A stretch of DNA of 64,000 nt, from NCBI GenBank assembly GCA_009692865.1, contig SHYH01000001.1, forward strand, positions 9,548 through 73,547, written 5' to 3'. Made by a program: the position numbers and the translations under genes. Below, one piece after another: positions 38,989-47,518 of this stretch (positions within the stretch are counted from its first letter, which is position 1; every line of letters starts with the position of its first letter). The notes under the pieces were generated by a model. The model saw only the letters and a list, made by a program, of their open reading frames with translations, was not told the origin of the DNA and ran no database searches. The DNA comes from Dehalococcoidia bacterium (GTDB lineage Bacteria > Chloroflexota > Dehalococcoidia > Lucifugimonadales > GCA-2717565).

Positions 38989-39867
38989 ATGTCCCAAGAT
39001 GGAAGGCCGGACCTGATCTACGAGAAGTTCCCCAAGGGCCACTACGCTATCTTCACCCGCAACCGCCCCGAGCGCCTCAACTCCATGGGTGGCAACATGA
39101 CCCGCTTGATGAACGAGGCCATGCAAGACTTCGCCACCGACAGCAACATGTCCGTCGGCATCATCACCGGCGTTGGCCGCTCCTACTCCTCCGGCGCCGA
39201 CCTCCGAGACGCCGCTGAGAAGGGCGTCCGCGCCACCGAGGTGGAGCGCCAATTCGCTGCCGGCGAGATCGACTCCGTGGAGCGCGGCCGCCTCATCGCC
39301 GAGATCGGCCCCTTCGTCGGCAGTGGCGGCGGCCTCGCCCGCTACGGCCGCACCCAGTCCAGCCTCGCGGACCTGAACAAGCCCTTCATCGCCGCCGTCA
39401 ACGGCATCGCAGTCGCAGGTGGATGCGAGAACGCCATGGACTGCGACATCCGCATCTGCACCCCCGAATCCTACTTCGGCCTCTACGAGGTCAAGCGCGG
39501 CTTCATGCCCGGCTCCGGCATCTACTGGGCCCCCCGCCTCATGCCCATGGGCGAGGGCCTCTACATGCTCCTCACCGGCGATAACCTCACCGCCCAGCGG
39601 GCCAAGGAGATCGGCTTCGTCCACGAGGTCGTGGAGAGGGACCGCCTCCTCCCCAGGGCCGTCGAGATCGCCGAGATGATCGGCGCCAACGCCCCCCTGG
39701 CCATCCAGGGCGTCAAGGCCATGGCCCAGTTCTGGCGCCAGTTCGGCCTAGGCCAGCAGCAGCAGCTCGCCGAGTGGGCCTCCAAGTACATTAACCTCTC
39801 CGAGGACGCTAAGGAGGGACCTCGCGCCTTCGCCGAGAAGCGCGCCCCCGTCTGGAAGGGCGCCTAA
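38989..39867 (+). CDS. Enoyl-CoA hydratase/isomerase (crotonase) family protein, paralogue A1
   Basis: Crotonase fold: GVGRSYSSGADL oxyanion segment and FIAAVNGIAVAGGCENAMDCD. GAAGGAGG Shine-Dalgarno before ATG 38989. Confidence 0.85.
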   Translation: MSQDGRPDLIYEKFPKGHYAIFTRNRPERLNSMGGNMTRLMNEAMQDFATDSNMSVGIITGVGRSYSSGADLRDAAEKGVRATEVERQFAAGEIDSVERGRLIAEIGPFVGSGGGLARYGRTQSSLADLNKPFIAAVNGIAVAGGCENAMDCDIRICTPESYFGLYEVKRGFMPGSGIYWAPRLMPMGEGLYMLLTGDNLTAQRAKEIGFVHEVVERDRLLPRAVEIAEMIGANAPLAIQGVKAMAQFWRQFGLGQQQQLAEWASKYINLSEDAKEGPRAFAEKRAPVWKGA

Positions 39868-39879
39868 CGACTCAGGCAA

Positions 39880-39917
39880 AGAGCAAACGGCCCCTCAGGT
39901 GAGGGGCCGTTTGCTCT
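39880..39917 (+). terminator. Perfect 18-bp stem-loop between the tandem crotonase paralogues (no U-tract)
   Basis: AGAGCAAACGGCCCCTCA gg TGAGGGGCCGTTTGCTCT, 13 nt after the A1 stop. Followed by a lower-GC spacer. Confidence 0.4.
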
Positions 39918-40025
39918 GTAAGGATTGCCATTTTCGACGCAAGCTGGGGATTGCCCGGTTTGAAAAGGGAGAAAGGGCTCTTAGCGCCGTCAATATCAAC
40001 TCTTTAAAGAATAAGGAGGACGTCT

Positions 40026-40898
40026 ATGTCTCAAGACGGAAGACCGGACCTGATCTACGAGAAGTTCCCCAAGGGCCACTACGCCATCTTCACCAGAAAC
40101 CGCCCCGAGCGCCTCAACGCCATGGGGAGCGAAGGTGGGCGGCTGATGAATGAGGCCATGCAAGACTTCGCCACCGACAGCAACATGTCCGTCGGCATCA
40201 TCACCGGCGTGGGCCGCGCCTTCTCCGCCGGCGGCGACCTTCGGGAAACCGCCGAGAAGAACACCAAGGCCGACGACGTGGAGCGCCGCTTCAAGGCCGG
40301 CGAGATCTCCACCGACGAGCGGGGACGCCTCCTGGCCGAGATCGGCCCCATCACCGGCGGCACCCTGAGCCGCTATGGCCGCACCGCGTCCAATCTAGCC
40401 GACCTGAACAAGCCTTTCATCGCCGCCGTCAACGGCATCGCCGTCGCAGGTGGATGCGAGAACGCCATGGACTGCGACATCCGCATCTGCACCCCCGAGG
40501 CCTACTTCGGCCTCTACGAGATCAAGCGCGGCTTCATGCCCGGCTCCGGCATCTACTGGGCCCCCCGCCTCATGCCCATGGGCGAAGGCCTCTATATGCT
40601 CCTCACCGGCGATAACCTCACCGCCCAGCGGGCCAAGGAGATCGGCTTCGTCCACGAGGTCGTGGAGAGGGACCGCCTCCTCCCCAGGGCAATCGAGATC
40701 GCCGAGATGATCGGCGCCAACGCCCCCCTGGCCGTCCAGGGCGTCAAGGCCATGGCCCAGTTCTGGCGCCAGTTCGGCTTGGGCCAGCAGCAGCAGTTGG
40801 CCGAGTGGGCATCCCGCTACATCGGCACCTCCGAGGACGCCAAGGAAGGGCCTCGGGCCTTCGCCGAAAAGCGCGCCCCCGTCTGGAAGGGCGCCTAA
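40026..40898 (+). CDS. Enoyl-CoA hydratase/isomerase family protein, paralogue A2
   Basis: About 95% nt identity by eye to A1 over the last ~500 nt and first ~110 nt. Central segment diverged (GVGRAFSAGGDL). Confidence 0.85.
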   Translation: MSQDGRPDLIYEKFPKGHYAIFTRNRPERLNAMGSEGGRLMNEAMQDFATDSNMSVGIITGVGRAFSAGGDLRETAEKNTKADDVERRFKAGEISTDERGRLLAEIGPITGGTLSRYGRTASNLADLNKPFIAAVNGIAVAGGCENAMDCDIRICTPEAYFGLYEIKRGFMPGSGIYWAPRLMPMGEGLYMLLTGDNLTAQRAKEIGFVHEVVERDRLLPRAIEIAEMIGANAPLAVQGVKAMAQFWRQFGLGQQQQLAEWASRYIGTSEDAKEGPRAFAEKRAPVWKGA

Positions 40899-40938
40899 AC
40901 TCCACCCAGGAAAAGCACCAAGGAGAGAGGGGAAAGCT

Positions 40939-41748
40939 ATGCCAATGACAACTCCGACAGTCAAATACGAGGTCAAGGACCGAGTGGCCTGGATCACCCT
41001 CAACCGCCCGGAAGCCCTTAATGCCCTGAACCGGGAGATCCAGCACGGGATCGGCGAGGCCGCCCGCATGGCCAACCACGACGACAACGTGCTCGTCCTC
41101 GTCGTCATCGGCGAAGGGGGACGGGCCTTCTGCGCCGGCGCCGACCTGAAGGAGATGTCCGCCCGGGACTTTGGCGCCACCACCGACGAGCAGTGGACCC
41201 TGAGCGGCAGCCAGGAGATTTACAACTGCAAGAAGGCCGTCATTGCCGCCATTGACGGGTACTGTCTGGCGGGGGGCCTGCAGCTCGCCTCCCGATGTGA
41301 CCTCCGCGTCGCCACGGAGAAGTCCCGCTTCGGCATGCCCGAGGCTCGCCGAAGCCTGACAGCCGTGGCAACGGTGGACACCGCCGAGTACTTTGTCCCC
41401 GTGGGCGAGGCCAAGTGGATCCTCCTCACCGGCAGCCACATGACGGCCAAGCGTGCCTACGACATCGGCCTCATCCAGGCCCTTGTCCCCGACCGAGCCG
41501 CCCTCATCACGCACATCGAATGGCTCGCCAACGAGATCAAGCAGTGCGCCCCCCTGGCCGTCCAGACCCTCAAGGCGGTCATTGACGAGGGACGGAACCT
41601 CCCGACGCCACCCACAGGGGTGCGGCCTATTGACCACATTCGGACCCTGACCAAGGACGCCTTCGACCGGGTGGCAACGAGCGAGGACAGGCTGGAGGGG
41701 CCCAAGGCCTTCGCCGAGAAGCGGCAGCCCAACTGGAAGAACCGCTAG
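40939..41748 (+). CDS. Enoyl-CoA hydratase/isomerase family protein, type B
   Basis: ITLNRPEALNAL, FCAGADLKE, AAIDGYCLAGGLQLA. 269 aa. Confidence 0.85.
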   Translation: MPMTTPTVKYEVKDRVAWITLNRPEALNALNREIQHGIGEAARMANHDDNVLVLVVIGEGGRAFCAGADLKEMSARDFGATTDEQWTLSGSQEIYNCKKAVIAAIDGYCLAGGLQLASRCDLRVATEKSRFGMPEARRSLTAVATVDTAEYFVPVGEAKWILLTGSHMTAKRAYDIGLIQALVPDRAALITHIEWLANEIKQCAPLAVQTLKAVIDEGRNLPTPPTGVRPIDHIRTLTKDAFDRVATSEDRLEGPKAFAEKRQPNWKNR

Positions 41749-41772
41749 GCCAACAGGACCAAGGAGGGCAGC

Positions 41773-42417
41773 ATGACCCAGCAGAGACGCCAGCCCCAAC
41801 AGGCCCAGGAGAAGGAGTACACCTGGGACGACCTACTCAACGCCGTCGGGCAGGACTTCTCGGGGGGCGTGGTCACCGAGGCGGACGAGGCCGTAGACCG
41901 GAGCTCTATCCGCAGGTACTGCGAGCCTCTGGAGATAGACTGCCCCCTCTACTACGATGATGAGGTGGCCAAACAGCACGGCTACAAGGGGGTGATCGCG
42001 CCCTGGAGCAGCTTCGGCGCCGTCTCCGGGAACGCTCTCTGGAAGCCAGGGTACGGGGAGATCTGGAACTCCACCGACCCAGACCACACCATCAGCGGCC
42101 CCGGCGCCCGCTCCCGCCGAAACGAAGGCCCCCAGCCCCCACCCATTCCCCAGCCCAAGACCAACGCCGGCTTTGCCACCGATATTGAGATTGAGTACCT
42201 CCGGCCGGTGTACGTGGGTGACCGCCTCAGCCGGCGGGGACGCAAGCTGGTCTCCGTCATCGTCCGGGAGACAAGAGTGGGCTACGGCTCCTTCACCGTT
42301 TACGAGAGCGAGGTCATCAACCAGCGGGGCGAGCTGGTATCCAAGATGAGGAACGGCGGTTACCAGTACATCGTCGGGGGCAAAGGCCCCACGAAGCAGA
42401 GGAGCATTTATGGCTAA
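41773..42417 (+). CDS. MaoC_N-like (FAS1-dehydratase-like) hot-dog subunit, non-catalytic partner 1
   Basis: IRRYCEPLEIDCPLYYDDEVAKQHGYKGVIAP pattern. No hydratase-2 motif. 8-nt overlap with the next gene. Confidence 0.7.
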   Translation: MTQQRRQPQQAQEKEYTWDDLLNAVGQDFSGGVVTEADEAVDRSSIRRYCEPLEIDCPLYYDDEVAKQHGYKGVIAPWSSFGAVSGNALWKPGYGEIWNSTDPDHTISGPGARSRRNEGPQPPPIPQPKTNAGFATDIEIEYLRPVYVGDRLSRRGRKLVSVIVRETRVGYGSFTVYESEVINQRGELVSKMRNGGYQYIVGGKGPTKQRSIYG

Positions 42418-42859
42418 CTGGAGCAAGCAACGGTACTGGGAGGACGTGAAGGAGGGAGACGAAGTCCCACCGATCACGCTCAACCTGACCATCCAGCGCA
42501 TGGTCATCCTGGCGGGGTCCAACCGTGACTTCAACCAGATTCACCATAACGACCGGGTCGCCCAGGAGCAGGGGGCGCCGGCTATGTACATCAACAACGG
42601 CTCCATCCAGGGCATGTGGGAGCGCACAGTCCGAGAGTACATCGGTCTGGACGGGGACATCAAGAAGGTGGGCCCCTTCCGCATGCGCGTCTTCAACACC
42701 GTGGGCGAAAGCGTGGTGACCAAGGGCACGGTGAAACGCAAGTGGCAGGAGGGCGGCCAGAACCTGGTGGAGTTGGAGATCTGGTCCGAGCACTCCAAGG
42801 GCGTCAGCGTGGGCCCTGGGCCCGTCGTCATCGCCCTGCCCGCCAAGCCCAGGCGCTAA
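42410..42859 (+). CDS. MaoC-like (R)-specific enoyl-CoA hydratase hot-dog subunit 1
   Basis: Hydratase-2-like segment LAGSNRDFNQIHHN (Asp...His). 149 aa, HadB-like size. Confidence 0.8.
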   Translation: MANWSKQRYWEDVKEGDEVPPITLNLTIQRMVILAGSNRDFNQIHHNDRVAQEQGAPAMYINNGSIQGMWERTVREYIGLDGDIKKVGPFRMRVFNTVGESVVTKGTVKRKWQEGGQNLVELEIWSEHSKGVSVGPGPVVIALPAKPRR

Positions 42860-42887
42860 ACTTCACCCAAGATTGGGGAGGGTGGCT

Positions 42888-43496
42888 ATGACCCAAGGGA
42901 CAAGAGGGCCGCAGAAGGCCCAGCCGAAGGAGTACACCTGGGACGATCTGAAGGCCGCCATTGGGCAGGACTTCTCGGGGGGCATCGTCCGCACCGGCGC
43001 CGACCTGGTCGAGCGGAGCACCATCCGCCGCTTCTGCGAGCCCTACGAGATGGACTGCCCCCTCTTCTACGATGATGAGGTGGCGCGCCAGCACGGCTAC
43101 CAGGGGATCATCGCGCCTTCCACCTCCGTTGGCACCTTCACCGGTCAAGGCATCTGGAAACCTGGAGGCTCTGAGATCTGGCCCACGGCAGAGGCGGACC
43201 ACTGGCTCAACCGGCCAGGAACAGTCCAGGAGACGGGGGCGCCGCCCCTCCCCAAGCCTAAGACCACCGACACCTTCGTCACTGACATCGAGATGGAGTA
43301 CCTTCAGCCGGTGTACGTGGGCGACCGGCTCAGCACACGGGGGCGCAAGCTGGTCTCGGTGACCACGCGGGGAACGCGGGTGGGCTACGGCGCCTTCGTT
43401 GTCTTTGAAGGCGAAGTCTTCAACCAGCGCGGCGAGGTGGTCGCCAAGTCCAGAAACGGCAGCTTCATCTACAACGCCGGCGCCACCGGGCCCTAG
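42888..43496 (+). CDS. MaoC_N-like hot-dog subunit, non-catalytic partner 2
   Basis: Paralogue of 41773..42417 (IRRFCEPYEMDCPLFYDDEVARQHGYQGIIAP). GGGAGGG Shine-Dalgarno before ATG 42888. Confidence 0.7.
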   Translation: MTQGTRGPQKAQPKEYTWDDLKAAIGQDFSGGIVRTGADLVERSTIRRFCEPYEMDCPLFYDDEVARQHGYQGIIAPSTSVGTFTGQGIWKPGGSEIWPTAEADHWLNRPGTVQETGAPPLPKPKTTDTFVTDIEMEYLQPVYVGDRLSTRGRKLVSVTTRGTRVGYGAFVVFEGEVFNQRGEVVAKSRNGSFIYNAGATGP

Positions 43497-43512
43497 AGAT
43501 AAGGAGAGGTCC

Positions 43513-43959
43513 ATGGCCGACTGGAGCAAGCAGCGCTACTGGGAGGACGTGAAGGAGGGGGATGAGATCCCTCCCGTCACCATGAACCTGACCTTTCAAC
43601 GGATGGTGATGATGGCCGGCGCCAATCGGGACTTCTCTCCGCTTCACCACAACAACAACATCGCCCGCGCTGGTGGAGCCCCCGACGCCTATCTCAACAA
43701 CGGCTCAATCCAGACCATGTGGGAGCGCACCGTCCGCGAGTACATCGGCCTGGACGGAAAGATCAAGAAGATGGGCCCCTATCGGCTGCGGGTGTTCAAC
43801 ACCCTGGGCGAGAGCGTGGTCACCAAGGGCACGGTGACACGCAAGTGGCAGGAGGGCGGCGAGCACCTCGTAGAGATGGAGATGTGGTCCGAGCACTCGA
43901 AGGGCATCAGCGTGGGGCCGGGGCCTGTGGTTGTGACCCTGCCCGCCAAACGCAAATAG
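43513..43959 (+). CDS. MaoC-like (R)-specific enoyl-CoA hydratase hot-dog subunit 2
   Basis: Paralogue of 42410..42859 (MAGANRDFSPLHHN). AAGGAGAGG Shine-Dalgarno before ATG 43513. Confidence 0.8.
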   Translation: MADWSKQRYWEDVKEGDEIPPVTMNLTFQRMVMMAGANRDFSPLHHNNNIARAGGAPDAYLNNGSIQTMWERTVREYIGLDGKIKKMGPYRLRVFNTLGESVVTKGTVTRKWQEGGEHLVEMEMWSEHSKGISVGPGPVVVTLPAKRK

Positions 43960-43984
43960 ACAGAACTCGCTCTTTAGCGACCGG

Positions 43985-44027
43985 AACACCGCCGCCTCAT
44001 CCCAAAGGGGCGGCGGTGTTGTTTTTG
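43985..44027 (+). terminator. Rho-independent terminator after the hydratase cluster
   Basis: AACACCGCCGCC (12-nt loop) GGCGGCGGTGTT followed by GTTTTTGG. Lies between convergent 43959 and chrA 44037. Confidence 0.7.
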
Positions 44028-44036
44028 GCCTGCGTT

Positions 44037-45395
44037 TCACAGCGGCGCAGTAGGCCCAAGAAGGCGCCAGCCCATTCCCAAGATGGCGCCACCTAGGACC
44101 ACTACAGGGATGGGCCAATGCCACCGCCACAGCGCCAGAAACGCAGTGATAGCCAGCCCCACGGCAACCAGGTCAAGCCTTGCTCCTCCTGCTCCTTGAG
44201 GAAAGAGAACAGCACCACCAAAGAACACGGCAAGGTTCAGGATGACACCCACCACGGCGGCGGTCACCCCCGTCATCGCCGCCTGCAGCCGTTGTTGACC
44301 GGCCAGGGCCTCTATGTACGGCGCACCCACGAAGATGAACATGAAGCTGGGCAGGAACGTGACGTATGTCACCGTGAAGGCGCCCAGCAGGCCGCTGAGG
44401 AAGGGGGAAAGGTCACCGGGAAGGTTCCATCCCCCAAGAAAACCCACGTATTGAAGCACCATGATCAGCGGCCCCGGCGTAGACTCCGCCAGCGCCAGTC
44501 CCTGGATCATCTGGTCAGGCCCCAACCACCCATAGACGTTGACGGCGGAGGCAGCCACGTAGCTGAGAACGGAGTAGGCGCCGCCAAAGGTCACAAAGGC
44601 CGCCCCAGTGAAAAACAGCGCCTCCTGAACATGCACGCTCCCTACGCCCCACCAGAGCACCAGAGCCCCCACAGGGACCGCCCACAGGACAAAGAAGACC
44701 GCCAAGATACCAATCGCCCGGCTGACAGGGGGAAAAGCGGCCGCTGCCTTGCTAGAGGAGGACGTCTCTTCGCCAGGGAAGTGTGTCTGCTCTCTGGGAC
44801 CAAAGACGTGAGGCCACCAGCGACCCAACATCAGTCCGAGGACGGCAGCGGTCAGGACAATCAGTGGGAACGGCACCTTGAAAACGTAGTTCGCGAGGAA
44901 GGCGGCGGCGGCAAACAGGAACAACCCCCAATGATGAAGGGTGCGCCGCCCGATACGCATGATCGCCTCGACAACGATGGCGACGACGACCGGTTGCACT
45001 CCATACAGCAGGCCGGCCACCCATGCTACATTCCCATGGGCCGCCACCAGCCAGCTGAGCCCCAGGAGGACAAACACCGAAGGCAGGATGAACCAGAGCC
45101 CCGCCATGAGGCCGCCTACAAGCCCATGCAACCTCCAGCCCACATAGGTGGCGAGCTGCTGGGCCTCGGGGCCGGGAAGAACCATGCAAAAGTTGAGGGC
45201 ACGCAAGAACTCCCCATTCGACACCCATCGCCGGCGGTCCACCAGGTCTCGATGCATGATAGCTATCTGACCGGCGGGCCCGCCGAAGTTGATGAACCCC
45301 AGCCTGATCCAGTATCCCAGGGCCTCTCTGAAGCCCACCGTGGAGGGCTGTTTCTCCTGGGACTCCCTTGGACGCCGCCACCACCACCAGTTCAC
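44037..45395 (-). CDS. chrA: Chromate ion transporter ChrA (duplicated CHR domains)
   Basis: LGFINFGGPAGQIAIMHRDLV... and a second CHR half. I propose GTG 45395 (AGGGGG 6 nt upstream) to avoid the 138-nt overlap implied by the track start 45551. Confidence 0.75.
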   Translation of the reverse strand: MNWWWWRRPRESQEKQPSTVGFREALGYWIRLGFINFGGPAGQIAIMHRDLVDRRRWVSNGEFLRALNFCMVLPGPEAQQLATYVGWRLHGLVGGLMAGLWFILPSVFVLLGLSWLVAAHGNVAWVAGLLYGVQPVVVAIVVEAIMRIGRRTLHHWGLFLFAAAAFLANYVFKVPFPLIVLTAAVLGLMLGRWWPHVFGPREQTHFPGEETSSSSKAAAAFPPVSRAIGILAVFFVLWAVPVGALVLWWGVGSVHVQEALFFTGAAFVTFGGAYSVLSYVAASAVNVYGWLGPDQMIQGLALAESTPGPLIMVLQYVGFLGGWNLPGDLSPFLSGLLGAFTVTYVTFLPSFMFIFVGAPYIEALAGQQRLQAAMTGVTAAVVGVILNLAVFFGGAVLFPQGAGGARLDLVAVGLAITAFLALWRWHWPIPVVVLGGAILGMGWRLLGPTAPL

Positions 45396-45412
45396 TCCAT
45401 ACCCCCTGAAGG

Positions 45413-46378
45413 TTATCTTTGGGCCGCCCTCCGACGCATCCGCTGGCGCAGCCAACGTCGCAGGCGCAGCCAGGGAAAAGAGCGACGTCGGACTAGGGCA
45501 GCGACGTAAGAGGCCACCACGGCGTTCCCTATCACCATGGGCCTCCCCCACCGTCGCAGCTGCACGCCCTTCCCATCCTTACCCCCATAGGGATAGGGAA
45601 AGGCCTCAAAGGGCTCCCACCTCTTGAGACCCGTCCCCACCAGCACCAGCCCCCCTGCCTCCTGGACCAGGAGGGCCACCGCCGCCACGTCCCACGCGCG
45701 AGGGCCCGTCAGAATGACGTACTGGGCGACGCCACGTGTGACAAGAGCTGCCTCGTAGCAGATGCTCCCCAGCGCCCGGACCTCCCCGTGGTTCGTCTCC
45801 ATGGACCCCCTGAAGGAGAGAAAGCGGGAGTACCGGCCCGGAAGAAGGGCAATGTGGCCTCCTCCTGGAAGGGGGCCTGACGCCACGAAGACCGGCTCGC
45901 CATCCTGAAAGGCCCCTCCTCCCAGGCGCGCAGAGAAGAGGCTTCCCTCCTCCCGCCCAGGGTAGGGCAGGAAGAGGCACCCGGCAATGGGTCTCCCCTG
46001 GTACAGGAGCCCCACCGAGACAGCGAAGAGGGGCATGCCGTTGAGGAAGTTAGTGGTGCCGTCCAAAGGGTCCAGGACCCACAGGAAGGGCGAGTCCCTA
46101 AAAGAGCGGTCCGGGCTCTCCTCCGCCAGGATGGAGTGGTCGGGATACCGCTCCTCGATGGCGCCGACCAGGTACGCCTCGCTGGCCTGGTCGGCCTCGG
46201 TGACGGGGTTGCGCCGGTCGTCGCCCTTGTACTCCACCTCGTGGGGCTTCCTGAAGTAGTCCATCACCAGAGCGCCCGCCCGGCGCGTGATGTCCCGGGT
46301 GAAGGATAGGATCTCCTCCAGCTCCTGCTCTTCCAGGGGAACACCCTGGGAGGCGTCCGGCCTCTCATCCTTTGGCAT
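45413..46378 (-). CDS. Inositol monophosphatase/SuhB-family phosphatase
   Basis: ILAEESP and WVLDPLDGTTNF motifs. Start trimmed to ATG 46378 (GGAGG 5 nt upstream) because the track N-terminus is repeat D2. Confidence 0.85.
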   Translation of the reverse strand: MPKDERPDASQGVPLEEQELEEILSFTRDITRRAGALVMDYFRKPHEVEYKGDDRRNPVTEADQASEAYLVGAIEERYPDHSILAEESPDRSFRDSPFLWVLDPLDGTTNFLNGMPLFAVSVGLLYQGRPIAGCLFLPYPGREEGSLFSARLGGGAFQDGEPVFVASGPLPGGGHIALLPGRYSRFLSFRGSMETNHGEVRALGSICYEAALVTRGVAQYVILTGPRAWDVAAVALLVQEAGGLVLVGTGLKRWEPFEAFPYPYGGKDGKGVQLRRWGRPMVIGNAVVASYVAALVRRRSFPWLRLRRWLRQRMRRRAAQR

Positions 46379-46428
46379 CCTGGCCTCCAGCAGGGCCTGC
46401 CCTGCACCCACACTCTCGTGTAGGTTGA

Positions 46429-46537
46429 GCAAAGCCCTGAGTGTTTGCGGTTCTTTCGGAGAGGTATGGGGAACCCTTTCTTGCAAGAAAGGGTTCCCCA
46501 TATGCCCTTCTCAAAGAACTCTCCCCCTTTGGTCGTC
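46429..46537 (-). repeat. Family-D palindromic repeat, copy D2
   Basis: GGGGAACCCTTTCTTGCAAGAAAGGGTTCCCC core with arms in the opposite orientation to D1. Confidence 0.7.
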
Positions 46538-46556
46538 TCCGGAGTCTGCCCCTATC

Positions 46557-47336
46557 CTACTCCATCCGCCGGCGCAAGCCCACGGCCAGACGGTGGAGGG
46601 CGAAGGTCATCGCCATTATCACGCCCAGGAACACCGCACCTGACACGCCATACTGAATGTAGGCAGAAGCGCCACCATCGGCTTCGAAGGCTAGAGGCCA
46701 CACGACGAGGAAAGGGTGCAACACCAGGAGGAGGATCACGACCCAGAAGGCGACCCTCTCCACCCCGCGGGTAAAAGCAGCGATGGCCCAGGCCACCGCC
46801 AAGGACTCGGCCAACACCGCACCTGCCAGGGAAAGCTTAACCAGGAACACCGGCTCAGACGGCAGGACAGGGAAGTGGGTGACCTCAGCCGATAGGAACA
46901 GGGCGAAGAGCCACAGGGCACGCCGGGTGTCCCTCCCCCCCACGCTGATAGCGAACATCATGGCTAGAACCAGCCATCCCAATCGAAAGAAAGGCGCCAG
47001 GGGCACGCCAGCCACCAGCACACCAGCCGAGCTGGAGTCATCACCGACAAGGGCCGCCACGGAGAGGTAGCTAAGGGTGCTGAGGACAAAAACGCCCCAG
47101 GCAGGACGCCTCAACCCCGTGTAGCCCACCAGCCCCAGGACGGCCCCGCCGATGACCAGGGCGCTGGCCAAGAGGGTGGGCAGCGGAAAGAGCAGGAGAT
47201 CTCCCTTCAAACCCAGGCCACGCCACACCAGGGAGAGGAGTGTGCCGAAAGCCAGCACCAGGGGGGGCGCTGCCGCCAGCAACTCGGGGCTGGACCAAAG
47301 GGAGGCCCTAGCGGACATCTCCCACCGCCTGGACAA
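46557..47336 (-). CDS. Hypothetical polytopic membrane protein (~7 TM)
   Basis: Long hydrophobic ORF with no recognised motif. Coding inferred from length and TM periodicity. Confidence 0.5.
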   Translation of the reverse strand: MSRRWEMSARASLWSSPELLAAAPPLVLAFGTLLSLVWRGLGLKGDLLLFPLPTLLASALVIGGAVLGLVGYTGLRRPAWGVFVLSTLSYLSVAALVGDDSSSAGVLVAGVPLAPFFRLGWLVLAMMFAISVGGRDTRRALWLFALFLSAEVTHFPVLPSEPVFLVKLSLAGAVLAESLAVAWAIAAFTRGVERVAFWVVILLLVLHPFLVVWPLAFEADGGASAYIQYGVSGAVFLGVIMAMTFALHRLAVGLRRRME

Positions 47337-47369
47337 GACGCCCCTCCACTCGGAGCCTTCGAAGGGCCG

Positions 47370-47518
47370 TTAGCGGGATGCGGAAAAAAGGGAAGTGCAG
47401 AGAAGCGAAGCCCCTTTGACGGGGGCCTGGGGGTGACCCCCAGATACACATTCCACCCCCTTCCTGGCCAGGAAGGGGGACAGGGGGATGGTCGGAGGAG
47501 TTTTTCAGCACCCTGTTA
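47370..47518 (-). mobile_element. Family-A MITE-like element, copy A9 (reverse orientation)
   Basis: TTAGCGGGATGCGGAAAAAAGGG ... GGGGTGACCCCCAGA ... CCCCCTTCCTGGCCAGGAAGGGGG ... TTTTTCAGCACCCTGTTA. The terminal TTA coincides with the jag stop per the ORF track. Confidence 0.8.

Noticed and set aside
38989-40898. Diversity-generating retroelement (template/variable repeat) explanation for the diverged cassette in the tandem crotonases
   Set aside because: No reverse transcriptase in the window. Substitutions involve all four bases and an indel rather than adenine-specific changes.
44118-45509. 463-aa plus-strand ORF antisense to chrA, and similar cases (13342..14445, 35079..36185, 40744..41799, 57286..58311)
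   Set aside because: Same reasoning. Each overlaps a strongly supported gene on the other strand and has biased, motif-free composition.
45396-45551. Track start of chrA at 45551 (138-nt overlap with the IMPase gene)
   Set aside because: The extra N-terminal 52 aa are non-conserved (GEAHGDRERRGG...). A GTG at 45395 with an AGGGGG Shine-Dalgarno gives a 17-nt spacer after the upstream stop. The alternative was kept as lower-confidence.
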